Shown piece after piece: positions 1 through 8,481 of a DNA stretch of 64,000 nucleotides. Every line of letters begins with the position of its first letter. The first letter of the stretch is position 1. The notes under the pieces are model-generated. The model was not told the origin of the DNA, searched no databases, and worked only from the letters and a program-made list of their open reading frames with translations. The DNA is from Acidobacteriota bacterium (lineage in GTDB: Bacteria > Acidobacteriota > Vicinamibacteria > Vicinamibacterales > UBA2999): positions 8,237 to 72,236 of the forward strand of contig JABFSA010000085.1 in the NCBI GenBank assembly GCA_013140775.1. Direction: 5' to 3'. Made by a program: the position numbers and the translations under genes.

Positions 1-604
1 GATGCGCGGGGATATCGTCCGGGAGTATCAGTACCGGCGTCCGGCAGGACTTCACGAAGTCGCGTGTCACGGTGAACACGAAGTCGGGATTGCTGCGGTA
101 CATCTTCGTGATGAAACGATCGACGGTCGCCATCGTGATCTCAGGTCGTCGCGCGACGAGCGCAGGTCCCCAGCCCTTCATGTTGTTTTCATAAAAGAGA
201 TCGGGCATCTCTGGTCTGAACCCGCTCGGCTGCGCGAGCACCGCGGCGACGACGCGGTTGGGCGCTCGTCGGAGGAGATTCCAGATGAAGGGCCCGCCAA
301 TGCAGAAGCCCATCACCATGAACCTGTCGATGCCCAGATGGTCCATGACGCCCAGGTGGTCATCGGTGTAGGAGTCCCACGGACGATCGACCTCGAGCGG
401 GCCTGACGACTGACCGGTGTTGGCGTTTCGCAAGTCCGCCGCGATACACCGGTACTCTCCCTTGAACTCGCCGATGACGTCGAACGGTGTATTCAACCCG
501 GCGATCGTGGAGTTCAGACCGCCGCCGGCAATGAGCAGCAGTGGGAAGCCCGAGCCGGTCTCCTGATAGTGGATGCGGACGTTACCCTTTTCGTAGAACG
601 GCAT
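1..604 (-). CDS. alpha/beta-hydrolase fold protein (3' end lies outside the window)
   Basis: Not in the ORF track because it runs off the left edge. My minus-strand translation from ATG at 604-602 reads MPFYEKGNVRIHYQETGSGFPLLLIAGGGLNS...DRFMVMGFCIGGPFIWNLL. It has the HY-x-E-x-G lead-in, a GGG oxyanion region and a nucleophile-elbow-like G-F-C-I-G with Cys in the Ser position. Confidence 0.7.
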   Translation of the reverse strand, partial: MPFYEKGNVRIHYQETGSGFPLLLIAGGGLNSTIAGLNTPFDVIGEFKGEYRCIAADLRNANTGQSSGPLEVDRPWDSYTDDHLGVMDHLGIDRFMVMGFCIGGPFIWNLLRRAPNRVVAAVLAQPSGFRPEMPDLFYENNMKGWGPALVARRPEITMATVDRFITKMYRSNPDFVFTVTRDFVKSCRTPVLILPDDIPAH

Positions 605-652
605 GGCCGTGTCTCCCTTCGTCGGTTGTGACGTCCGCGCCCCGGTGCCGCA

Positions 653-1612
653 TCAGTGCACCGCGATGGGCGCGACAGTTGATCCGGTCGCGCCCTTGAG
701 CTTCAGCGGTTCGACGATGAACGCAAACTCGCGAACGCCTTTCTGAACCAGCTCGTCGAGCTTCAGGCTTTCGATGAGGTAGATCCCGTTCGACACGAGC
801 AGGATCTGGTGCACGGGCGAGCTGAGCTTGGGATTGGGGTTGGGGTTGACTTCGACGCAGCATGTGTCAGAACCCACGATCATCGGGCTCTGTTGCGCCA
901 GCCACGCGGCCGCACCGACGCCGAGGCCTGGCTGGGTCTGGTAGTACCGCACGTCGTCTTTGCCCCACAGCTTTCCGTAGCCGGTATGGACGATCACGGC
1001 ATCACCAGGTTCGAGGGTCATCTGTTGCCGCTTGAGGGCGTCCTGAAGATCCTGCGCGGTGATTTCATAGCGATCACCGAGCATCTCGACGCCGCGCAGG
1101 CCAGCGATATCGAGGAGGACGCCACGCGTGAACATGCCGCCCGCCTTCTCGATGCCCAGTTTCGAGAAACCGGTGCGGGTGGCCAGCTCGTCCATCTTGA
1201 AACAATTGTAGAGACCGTTGCCGATCGACTGATGCGAGAACCCGTCGATCTGGGTCCCGACCTGGCCAAGCTCGGTCGTCACAACCTCCTCGTTGCTGCC
1301 ACGGTTATTCGACCCGGGCGGCCAGTTGGTTCTCTTCAGCTGCTGGCTGAAGATGCGGTCGCCGTAGAAGGGCATCCCGGCAAACAGGGGATAACCGAGC
1401 TCGATGACCTCGCCGGCTTTGATGAGCCGCGCGGCTCGGAGCACCGTCTCTGGCTTCATCAGATTGGCAGCGCCACGCTCGTCGGCGGCGCCCCAGCGCG
1501 ACGGGCATCGTTCGGCGTCGGTGGGCGGGGTCCAGTCCTGTGCGCTGGCTGGTGCGCTGTCAAAGGAGAGCGCAAAGAGCAGCGCGAGAACGATCACGCG
1601 TGGTATGTGCAT
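653..1612 (-). CDS. exported cyclase-family protein (kynurenine-formamidase-like, Pfam Cyclase-type)
   Basis: 319-aa ORF with signal peptide MHIPRVIVLALLFALSFDSAPASA. The GTQIDGFSH and VIVHTGYG segments resemble the putative-cyclase family. Recognised from memory only. Confidence 0.7.
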   Translation of the reverse strand: MHIPRVIVLALLFALSFDSAPASAQDWTPPTDAERCPSRWGAADERGAANLMKPETVLRAARLIKAGEVIELGYPLFAGMPFYGDRIFSQQLKRTNWPPGSNNRGSNEEVVTTELGQVGTQIDGFSHQSIGNGLYNCFKMDELATRTGFSKLGIEKAGGMFTRGVLLDIAGLRGVEMLGDRYEITAQDLQDALKRQQMTLEPGDAVIVHTGYGKLWGKDDVRYYQTQPGLGVGAAAWLAQQSPMIVGSDTCCVEVNPNPNPKLSSPVHQILLVSNGIYLIESLKLDELVQKGVREFAFIVEPLKLKGATGSTVAPIAVH

Positions 1613-1647
1613 GTCGGCAGATCGAAGAATGAAGTCGTTTGGTTGAC

Positions 1648-1842
1648 TCAGCGTGCGGTGGCCGACCCCGGGCCTGCTGATGCAGGAGCGATGAGGGGAT
1701 CGTTCGCGATGAGTTTTGAAACGATGGCCTCTGTCTCTCCCGTGTCTTCTGGTGCGGGTGCCGGGCGCAGCATTCTGGTCAGTGTCAGGACGACGGCGAA
1801 GACCACGACGGCGAAGAGGACGAGTTTCAGGTTGCGGTTCAT
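1648..1842 (-). CDS. small single-pass membrane protein, unknown function
   Basis: ORF 1648..1905 trimmed to the internal ATG at 1842, which has GGAGGGAG 6 nt upstream. MNRNLKLVLFAVVVFAVVLTL forms one TM helix. No family recognised. Confidence 0.5.
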   Translation of the reverse strand: MNRNLKLVLFAVVVFAVVLTLTRMLRPAPAPEDTGETEAIVSKLIANDPLIAPASAGPGSATAR

Positions 1843-1940
1843 GGTGCGCTCCCTCCGGAGTCGCTGAGGTTGACGGCCTCGAATGCGCAAGAATATCCCA
1901 GGCAACGTTTTGAGAGGCTATATCCGGCGAGGTCTAGTCG

Positions 1941-3227
1941 ATGCGCGCTAGCTTTGGGTTGTGGGCTGGCATTAGCCTGGCGATGCTGTGCGCGGCGGCG
2001 GTCTGGCAGACACCAGTCGGCGCTCAACGCGGAGGCATGTTCATGGGGTCGCCCGATGACCCGGCTATCGCGTATTCCACAGCACCGGTCAGCAACGTCA
2101 TCGACGACCTGAACAAGAGACTCGAAGCCGGCACCGCGAAACTGACCTTCGATGGGCGAAGCGGGTATCTCCAGTCCGCCATCGACGCGCTGGCGCTACC
2201 GGTGGACTCGCAGCTTCTGGTGTTCTCGCAAGCGAGTCTTCAAGGCCGCCTCATCGGGCCCACCAATCCTCGATCGATCTTTTTCAACGACCGCGTGTTC
2301 CTGGCGTGGGTGCGTGACGGTGACGTGCTCGAGGCCGTTGCTCATGACGAGAAGGAAGGCGCCGTCTTTTACACGCTGGCGCAACGCCCCGGCGAACGGC
2401 CGACCTTCGAGCGAGAGTTCAAGTGCCTCGCGTGCCACATGAACGGGGACACGTCCGGTGTGCCGGGACTCCTGATGTTCAGCACGACCCGGGACAGCGA
2501 TGGCAGGAACCTCAAACTTGTGACGACAGACCATCGAAGTCCGATTGCCATGCGATGGGGAGGATGGTTCGTCACGGGAGATAGCAGAGGAGCGGGCCAC
2601 AGGGGCAACCAGGTGCCGGCGTTCGAAACACAGCCGGCGGGAAGTCTCGCGTCTGTCACAGGGCTGTTTGACGCCGAGGGCTATCGCGGCGCCACGAGCG
2701 ACATCGCGGCGCTCCTGACGTTCTCTCATCAGACGGAGATGATCAATCTGCTGACGCGCGCGTCCTGGGAGGCGCGGGCAGCCGATCCGGCCCTGCATCC
2801 AGACGCGCCCGGAGAAATGGCGCTCGTCGAAGTGGCGATGAGCGTTGTTGCCAACGAGGTCGTGGACTACATGCTGTTTGTGGATGAGGCGCTGCTGCCG
2901 AATCCCATCGCGGGCGGGTCGGGGTTCACCGAGCGGATGTCGGCACGTGGGCCACGGGATCGCAAGGGACGGTCGCTGTATGAGCTCGACCTGAACAGAC
3001 GGCTGCTGAAGTACCCGTGCAGCTACCTCATCTACTCACCGGCGTTCGATGCCTTACCGCCGCTCGCGAAGGCGCCGATCTACAGGCGTCTCTGGCAGGT
3101 ATTGTCGGGGGAGGTCGGCGAGCTTCGATATCGCGGCCTGTCTCTCGCAGATCGCCAGGCGATCGTGGAGATTCTCCGAGACACAAAGCCAGATTTACCG
3201 CCGTATTTCACGGCGATTGTCAGGTAG
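1941..3227 (+). CDS. secreted hypothetical protein with a single CxxCH haem-c motif
   Basis: 428 aa with signal peptide (...SLAMLCAAAVWQTPVGAQ). CLACH lies at residues 162-166 (nt 2424-2438). GC3-rich codon usage. Family not recognised. Confidence 0.75.
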   Translation: MRASFGLWAGISLAMLCAAAVWQTPVGAQRGGMFMGSPDDPAIAYSTAPVSNVIDDLNKRLEAGTAKLTFDGRSGYLQSAIDALALPVDSQLLVFSQASLQGRLIGPTNPRSIFFNDRVFLAWVRDGDVLEAVAHDEKEGAVFYTLAQRPGERPTFEREFKCLACHMNGDTSGVPGLLMFSTTRDSDGRNLKLVTTDHRSPIAMRWGGWFVTGDSRGAGHRGNQVPAFETQPAGSLASVTGLFDAEGYRGATSDIAALLTFSHQTEMINLLTRASWEARAADPALHPDAPGEMALVEVAMSVVANEVVDYMLFVDEALLPNPIAGGSGFTERMSARGPRDRKGRSLYELDLNRRLLKYPCSYLIYSPAFDALPPLAKAPIYRRLWQVLSGEVGELRYRGLSLADRQAIVEILRDTKPDLPPYFTAIVR

Positions 3228-3250
3228 ATCTCTCGGCGTGAAGGTTCGAT

Positions 3251-3322
3251 AACCACGAAGGCACGAAGAAATCGAAGGTACGTAATCAGGGCCCTTCGTG
3301 GTCCTTCGTGCTCTTCGTGGTT
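3251..3322. terminator. long imperfect hairpin between convergent genes (putative bidirectional terminator)
   Basis: AACCACGAAGGCACGAAGAAATCGAAGG ... CCTTCGTGGTCCTTCGTGCTCTTCGTGGTT. The right arm carries CTTCGTG three times and pairs with the CACGAAG copies of the left arm. It sits between stop 3227 (+) and stop 3349 (-). Confidence 0.4.
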
Positions 3323-3348
3323 CTTTCAGTCGCCCTGTCTGTTGACCT

Positions 3349-4473
3349 CTATCGCCGTGCGGCCATCACCGGCGCGAACTTCTGAATTCGTTTCCCGGTA
3401 TCAACTTCACCCGTGTACACGTTGCCGCGTGAATCCGTGGCGACCGCGTTGGGGAAGTGCAGTTGTCCGGCGAGACGGCCGTTGCCGCCGAAGTGTCCAA
3501 GCGTCTTGCCGCTCTGGCGATCGACCATCCAGATCACGAAGTTGTGTCCGTCCGCCACGAACAGATACTTCTGCTGGGGATCCTTGGAGATGGCCAGCTT
3601 GTACATCGTGCCGCACGGCGATCCTTTCACCGCCGCAACGCCACCGCATCCGCGCGCCGGGGTGTTGGGTGAGACCATGATGTCCTGCAACCACTTGCCC
3701 TCGGTGGTGAACACCTGAATCCGGTTCTGTCCACGCTCGCCGATGTAGACACGTCGATCCTTTGAAATCTCTACGAAGTGCAGCTCCGGAACAAAGTTCT
3801 TTTCCTCCGGAGGCGGACCACCGGTCCATGTATATCCGGGGATCGGCTGGTTCGAGACTTCGCTGAGCGGCATGCCGTGCCCGCCCCAGCCGCGCTTGTA
3901 GGCGCCGGTCGAGGCGTCGTACACGACGACACGCTTCTGCTGAATGATGTAGAGCTCGTTGGCGACCTCATCGAGCTGGAACCGTCCCTTGTTCACCAGG
4001 TACGACGTCTCCTGGTTGTTTTCCGGCATCTTCGCTTGCTCGGGTGTCGGACGATGACCGAAGTCCCACACGAACTTGCCGTCGCGGGTGAACTTCAGAA
4101 TGCTGTCCTGCGCGTTCGTGCCGCTGATCCACACGAAGCCCTTGCTGTCTGCAATCACGGTCTGCAAGCCGAGCGGCCACGCCGGGTGGTGCTTCGGACC
4201 ACCCCACGAGTTCAGCACGTTGCCCTGCTGATCGACTTCAATCACTTCCGGACCACGCACGCAGCACAGCACAGGCGCCGGATTGCCGTCGCCACCGATC
4301 TCGTCCTGTTCCGGCGCGTTGGGGCGATTCAGAAACCAGACGTGGTCCATGTGGTCAACGGAGATGCCGGTGACCTGCTGCATGCTCCATCGGTTGGGAA
4401 GCGGCTTCGGCCAGAACGGATCCACGCGAAACTGCGGAGCGCCGCCTTCGTCCATGGCCTGGCCCGCGATCAC
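3349..4473 (-). CDS. NHL-repeat beta-propeller protein (start unresolved; reading frame stays open to 4572)
   Basis: 374-aa ORF from GTG 4473. It has repeated Y/F-V-x-D-x-x-N-x-R-I-Q-x-F type NHL blades (RVYIGERGQNRIQVFT, NVYTGEVDTGKRIQKF). A signal-peptide-like sequence is encoded in frame upstream with no canonical start codon (see findings). Confidence 0.8.
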   Translation of the reverse strand: MIAGQAMDEGGAPQFRVDPFWPKPLPNRWSMQQVTGISVDHMDHVWFLNRPNAPEQDEIGGDGNPAPVLCCVRGPEVIEVDQQGNVLNSWGGPKHHPAWPLGLQTVIADSKGFVWISGTNAQDSILKFTRDGKFVWDFGHRPTPEQAKMPENNQETSYLVNKGRFQLDEVANELYIIQQKRVVVYDASTGAYKRGWGGHGMPLSEVSNQPIPGYTWTGGPPPEEKNFVPELHFVEISKDRRVYIGERGQNRIQVFTTEGKWLQDIMVSPNTPARGCGGVAAVKGSPCGTMYKLAISKDPQQKYLFVADGHNFVIWMVDRQSGKTLGHFGGNGRLAGQLHFPNAVATDSRGNVYTGEVDTGKRIQKFAPVMAARR

Positions 4474-4766
4474 CTGTGCGCGGCCGGCGGTTCCGGCAGC
4501 AAGGGCCAGAATCGCTACGGCAGCGAGGACGACCGCCCGTACCGGCCGTCGTCGTGTCGTTATCGTCGTCGGTTACTGGTGAAATCTCATCAGGATGTTC
4601 CCTTCTGTTTGCGCGCAAGTGAATGAAGCACGTTCCGGGGCGCCCCGGTCGAAGGTCAAAGGCGCCGTGATTATAGAGCAGGCCCAGACGCCAGAAACCG
4701 CCAGCATTGAGACGTGGCACACCCGAAGTCGGTCGTATACTGCTAGCCGCAAACTGGAGGTGTGAG

Positions 4767-5786
4767 ATGCCAGGATCAGGTCAAATCCGAGTGGTCGTCG
4801 CGGCTATGTCGTTGTTCGCGTTCTCACACGCGGTGATGGCCCGGCAGCACGCCTACCAGATGAGCGACAGTCACTTCACGCTTGCGAATGGCCGGATTGT
4901 CGGATCGACCGCGGGGATCACCATCGATCGCGACGGGTCGAGTCTGTGGGTCTTCGAACGATGCGGCGGCATGAACTGCGTCGGGTCGAACGCCGCACCG
5001 GTGCTGAAGTTCGACGCGTCGGGCAAGCTGGTCCGGAGCTTCGGCGCAAACCTCTTCGTGCGACCGCACGGGATCCACATCGATCGCGACGGGAACGTGT
5101 GGGTCACCGATGGAGAAGGGCCAGATGGCAAGGATCCCCGGCGGGATGGGAAGGGCCACCAGGTCTTCAAGTTCACTCAGGACGGCAAACTGCTCCTGAC
5201 GCTGGGCAAGGCGGGCGTGGCCGGGACAACGTCCGACACGTTCAACATGCCATCCGCTGTGCTCGTCGCACCGAATGGTGACATCTTCGTTGGCGATGGA
5301 CACGGCGGGAACTCGAACGCGCGCGTGCTCAAGTTTTCTAAAGACGGCGCCTTCATCAAAACATGGGGGAAGCGGGGAAAGGCCCCGGGAGACTTCGAGC
5401 AGCCTCATGCGCTCGCGATGGACTCGCGCGGGCGGCTGTTCGTGGGCGATCGCGGGAACAACCGGATTCAGATCTTCGATCAGAACGGTACCTTCCTCGA
5501 GGAGTGGAAGCAGTTCGGCAATCCCAGCGGCGTGTTCATCGATCGCAACGACACGCTCTATGTCGCCGACCACACGTCTGACGAGACCGTGAATCCAGGG
5601 TTCAAGAGAGGCCTCAGAATCGGCAGCGCCAAAGACGGGAAGATGACGACGTTCATCCCGGATACCGACGCCGAGAACTTTCAGGAAGGCGTGGCTGCTG
5701 ATACGAAGGGCACGATCTACGGTTCCTTGACCGGTGGTCCGGCGCTCAAGGGACTGGCCTTGAGGACCTACACAGTCGCGCACTGA
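4767..5786 (+). CDS. exported NHL-repeat beta-propeller protein
   Basis: ORF 4707..5786 trimmed to ATG 4767, which is preceded by GGAGG. Signal peptide MPGSGQIRVVVAAMSLFAFSHAVMA. NHL blades include GNVWVTDGEG, DIFVGDGHGGNSNARVLKF and RLFVGDRGNNRIQIFD. Confidence 0.85.
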   Translation: MPGSGQIRVVVAAMSLFAFSHAVMARQHAYQMSDSHFTLANGRIVGSTAGITIDRDGSSLWVFERCGGMNCVGSNAAPVLKFDASGKLVRSFGANLFVRPHGIHIDRDGNVWVTDGEGPDGKDPRRDGKGHQVFKFTQDGKLLLTLGKAGVAGTTSDTFNMPSAVLVAPNGDIFVGDGHGGNSNARVLKFSKDGAFIKTWGKRGKAPGDFEQPHALAMDSRGRLFVGDRGNNRIQIFDQNGTFLEEWKQFGNPSGVFIDRNDTLYVADHTSDETVNPGFKRGLRIGSAKDGKMTTFIPDTDAENFQEGVAADTKGTIYGSLTGGPALKGLALRTYTVAH

Positions 5787-5911
5787 CCAGGTGTCCGTTC
5801 AGGCTCGTCAGTTCTCACCGTGGCGTTCACGGCGGTGCGTGCCAGTGCACGGATTCTGACTGAGTAGCCTACTCCCCGCAGCGAGCTCCCTCGATAACGG
5901 GAAACACACCT

Positions 5912-6142
5912 ATGTCACGCGACTCCAGACCCCGTCGAGGCAATGGACCGGCGATTTCACCCATGGCGCTCGATCGCCGGGCTCGAAACCGGCGGCCCAA
6001 TCCCGAATGCCGTACCTGTCAGGCCGACGCTGCACACGTGCGTGCAACCGTTCGCAGTTCCTCCCGCGTCATCTTCAAGTGCGAGAAGTGCGGCGGCGTC
6101 TGGGAGCTGGACGTCCCCAAGCGAGGCTCCAGCCGCTGGTAG
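5912..6142 (+). CDS. small zinc-ribbon-like protein (CxxC...CxxC)
   Basis: 76-aa ORF with ECRTCQ ... KCEKCG, two CxxC pairs 28 residues apart. Codon usage is GC3-rich in the second half. The start is uncertain (ATG 5912 or ATG 5963). No strong RBS. Confidence 0.4.
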   Translation: MSRDSRPRRGNGPAISPMALDRRARNRRPNPECRTCQADAAHVRATVRSSSRVIFKCEKCGGVWELDVPKRGSSRW

Positions 6143-6211
6143 CGGCGATCGCAAGGGCTCGGATTGTGTCGTCGGCGCTACCCAGGGTCCGAGACGTAGA
6201 ATGGTGCCGAT

Positions 6212-6868
6212 ATGACGCTCGTGTTTGAACAGATCCGTCCAGGCGGCGATCGCAATTTCGGCTACGTGCTCGGGGACCGCGATACACAGGAATGCGTGTT
6301 GATCGATCCGTCCTACGCGCCTGAGACGTTTGTCCAGCGTGCGAAGGATCAGGGTCTCAGCGTCACCCATGTGATCAACACGCATGGACATCCCGATCAC
6401 ACGAACGGCAATGAAGTCGCCGTCGAGATGAGCGGTGCCCCGCTTGCGGCGTTTGCTGACTCGGAGCTCGTGAAGCCGCATGTTGGACTGCGCGATGGCC
6501 AGGAGATTGCCGTCGGCAGCTTACGTCTCCAGTTCCTTCACGTGCCGGGACATTGCCCGGATCACCTGACCATCTTTGAGCCGTCGTGGGGAATTCTGAT
6601 TACGGGTGATCTCCTGTTCGTTGGCAAGGTGGGCGGGACGAGGAACGATCCAGACGCGGAAACGGAATGGTACAGCCTTCAGAAGGTCTTGAAGCGATAT
6701 CCCGACACGGCCACGGTGTGGCCTGGACATGATTACGGCGCCCGGCCGAGCTCGACGATCGGCCTCGAGCGGGCGACGAATCCATTTCTCCTGTGTCCGG
6801 ATCTGGCCGCGTTTCTCGCGCTCAAGCGCGAGTGGCCTGGCTTCAGGCAGCGTCTGGGTTTGAAGTAG
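6212..6868 (+). CDS. MBL-fold metallo-hydrolase (glyoxalase-II-like)
   Basis: 218 aa with the HxHxDH motif (NTHGHPDHTNGN), plus HVPGH and a later GHDY. Confidence 0.9.
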   Translation: MTLVFEQIRPGGDRNFGYVLGDRDTQECVLIDPSYAPETFVQRAKDQGLSVTHVINTHGHPDHTNGNEVAVEMSGAPLAAFADSELVKPHVGLRDGQEIAVGSLRLQFLHVPGHCPDHLTIFEPSWGILITGDLLFVGKVGGTRNDPDAETEWYSLQKVLKRYPDTATVWPGHDYGARPSSTIGLERATNPFLLCPDLAAFLALKREWPGFRQRLGLK

Positions 6869-6877
6869 CCCGCGAGG

Positions 6878-7363
6878 TCAACGCGACGGGCACGCGTCGG
6901 GCAGCAGCTGATAACCTTCAACGTCGATCACAACCTGGTTGTACATCGGGTCGCGCACAGCGTCGCGCGGGGCCGTGCCGCCGATTCGTATCCGGCCTCC
7001 CATGAAGGTGACTCCGCCCGGACCAGCCATGTCCGACTTGCGCACGAGTCCCGTGACCTCGATCATCGACAACTCGCGGCGCTTGATGTCATTCAGGATC
7101 TGCCTGGGGCCAGACAGCCGAAAGCGGCGGCCCGGCTGAATGTCGCTCTGAGTCACCTCTCGACCCTCGGGGATTCCGACAACGAAGGCGCGATCACGCG
7201 CGCATCCGGCAATGATGATGCGGCTCGAGTCGCCGGGAACAGGGCGTTCCTGGGCTGCGACTGAGCCAGGCCCGAGCGCGAGCACGGCGATGAGTCGTAC
7301 GAACCATCGGACTGCCGGAAGATGCGCACGGGACAGACACGGCACGTTCGTCATAGGCGCCAC
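6878..7363 (-). CDS. secreted hypothetical protein
   Basis: 161 aa with signal peptide (...WFVRLIAVLALGPGSVAAQE). No family recognised. Confidence 0.6.
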   Translation of the reverse strand: MAPMTNVPCLSRAHLPAVRWFVRLIAVLALGPGSVAAQERPVPGDSSRIIIAGCARDRAFVVGIPEGREVTQSDIQPGRRFRLSGPRQILNDIKRRELSMIEVTGLVRKSDMAGPGGVTFMGGRIRIGGTAPRDAVRDPMYNQVVIDVEGYQLLPDACPSR

Positions 7364-7473
7364 CGCACGCTGGTTCAGCGTAGTTGCAAGTGAAGTAAGC
7401 CTGACTCTCGAGCGTACTGTACATCACGGATGGGGGTTCCAGTCGGGCTCGAATAGAAGGGTCGCCGGACAAA

Positions 7474-7502
7474 TTGACAAACGTGCAGTCGAGGTCTAAG
7501 GT
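7474..7502 (+). promoter_or_regulatory. sigma70-like promoter candidate (TTGACA-17 nt-TAAGGT)
   Basis: TTGACA at 7474-7479 and TAAGGT at 7497-7502, spaced exactly 17 nt. It lies in a GC-poor gap with no conventional plus-strand gene downstream. Confidence 0.35.
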
Positions 7503-7508
7503 GAAATC

Positions 7509-7680
7509 AGATCCATTGAACGTCGCTCGACGTTGGGGGCAGATGGGTCGCACGAAACAAGCCCTCAGTGAGAGAGAAGGGAGGGACTCCGTATGATGTC
7601 TACTGCGGAAGGTGCTCCACCGATTTCACGACGCTAGAGGTCAGGGGCATTCCTTTGTCGAGGAATGCCCCTTTCTCTTA
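7509..7680 (+). ncRNA. candidate small RNA or micro-ORF transcript (about 170 nt)
   Basis: Bounded by the promoter candidate above and a 12-bp perfect hairpin with a T-rich tail. Contains the hairpin AACGTCG-ctc-CGACGTT. Also contains a 14-codon ORF (ATG 7593 .. TAG 7637, MMSTAEGAPPISRR) behind AAGGGAGGGA. No Rfam family recognised. Confidence 0.3.
7643..7680 (+). terminator. intrinsic terminator (12-bp perfect stem, T-rich tail on the plus strand)
   Basis: AGGGGCATTCCT (7643-7654), loop TTGTCG, AGGAATGCCCCT (7661-7672), then TTCTCTTA. On the minus strand the same hairpin follows the TAA stop of gene 7678..8481 but has no U-tract. Confidence 0.6.
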
Positions 7681-8481
7681 TGAGCGGGACTTGCTGAGTG
7701 TCTTGCGAGTCGTGTTGAGCGTGAACTCGAGCGACTCACGCGGAATGCTCGTGACGAACGGACCGATCATCCAGCCAAAGCCAAACGGAATGCCTCGCGT
7801 GAGCGAGATTGATTCGCACTGCACGTAGGTCCCGCCGTCGCGCTCGAGAAACCGCCAATACGTGTTGAGTCGCCACATGTACCCGCCGTCCTGGCCGACC
7901 GGAAGCTCCCGCTCGCCGGGTGTGCCGGCGTCCTCGACCTGAGAGATACGCGTGCTGTAAATACGGCTGCGTGCGCGATCAGGGCCGTCACGCACGAACT
8001 GCGCGTCGTGCTCGGAGTTGACGACGACCGTGATGACTTTCGTCATCGAGAACCTGAGAAAGACCTGGAACCGCTCGCCCTGACGATTGAGCACCCGCGA
8101 CTGCACGACAGCAGGACGGTAGACGTCGGCGTGGCGGTTGTAGTCCTGCAGCAGGGCGACAGCCTCATTCACGGTCGCTCCTGGCGCAAAGACGGTGCCC
8201 ACCCAATGATGGACAAGGCCGTCGGGGATCGAGATCTCTCGACGGCCATCGAGCGTCGTCAGCCGTTCGATGAGCAGCATGCCCGCGCGCAGATCGGCGA
8301 TGCGGCTTTGCCGTTGCGCCGCTGGCAAGCTGTCCACCCACAGAAACGCTGACTGCGCGGCGGTGCGGGCCTCGGTGGCTTTGACGTAGCGATCGAACGC
8401 CGCCACCGTGTGAGGCTGGAGCTCCGCCGAGCCGGCTGGTGTCGTCACCAGCAATAGCAGCATCGTTGCTGTCGTTCTCAT
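7678..8481 (-). CDS. secreted hypothetical protein (possibly a helix-grip/START-like lipid-binding fold; speculative)
   Basis: ORF 7678..8634 trimmed to ATG 8481 (MRTTATMLLLLVTTPAGSA signal peptide). This ATG overlaps the upstream gene's stop in ATGA (8478-8481). Confidence 0.7.
   Translation of the reverse strand: MRTTATMLLLLVTTPAGSAELQPHTVAAFDRYVKATEARTAAQSAFLWVDSLPAAQRQSRIADLRAGMLLIERLTTLDGRREISIPDGLVHHWVGTVFAPGATVNEAVALLQDYNRHADVYRPAVVQSRVLNRQGERFQVFLRFSMTKVITVVVNSEHDAQFVRDGPDRARSRIYSTRISQVEDAGTPGERELPVGQDGGYMWRLNTYWRFLERDGGTYVQCESISLTRGIPFGFGWMIGPFVTSIPRESLEFTLNTTRKTLSKSRS

Noticed and set aside
809-1867. 352-aa plus-strand ORF antisense to the cyclase-family gene
   Set aside because: Its composition is Arg/Ala/Gly/His-rich with no motifs, and it lies exactly opposite a well-supported gene. 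This is a typical shadow ORF of GC-rich DNA.
4635-4648. Perfect 14-bp GC palindrome CCGGGGCGCCCCGG in the divergent NHL promoter region
   Set aside because: Such short all-GC palindromes arise easily in GC-rich DNA. There is no second copy in this window and it has no loop to make a stable hairpin. It is mentioned only in context.
7568-7828. 86-aa plus-strand ORF (and 119-aa minus-strand ORF 7194..7553) in or around the GC-poor gap
   Set aside because: Both run into the coding sequence of neighbouring genes in the wrong frame and have no RBS. The plus-strand ORF reads straight through the 12-bp terminator hairpin.
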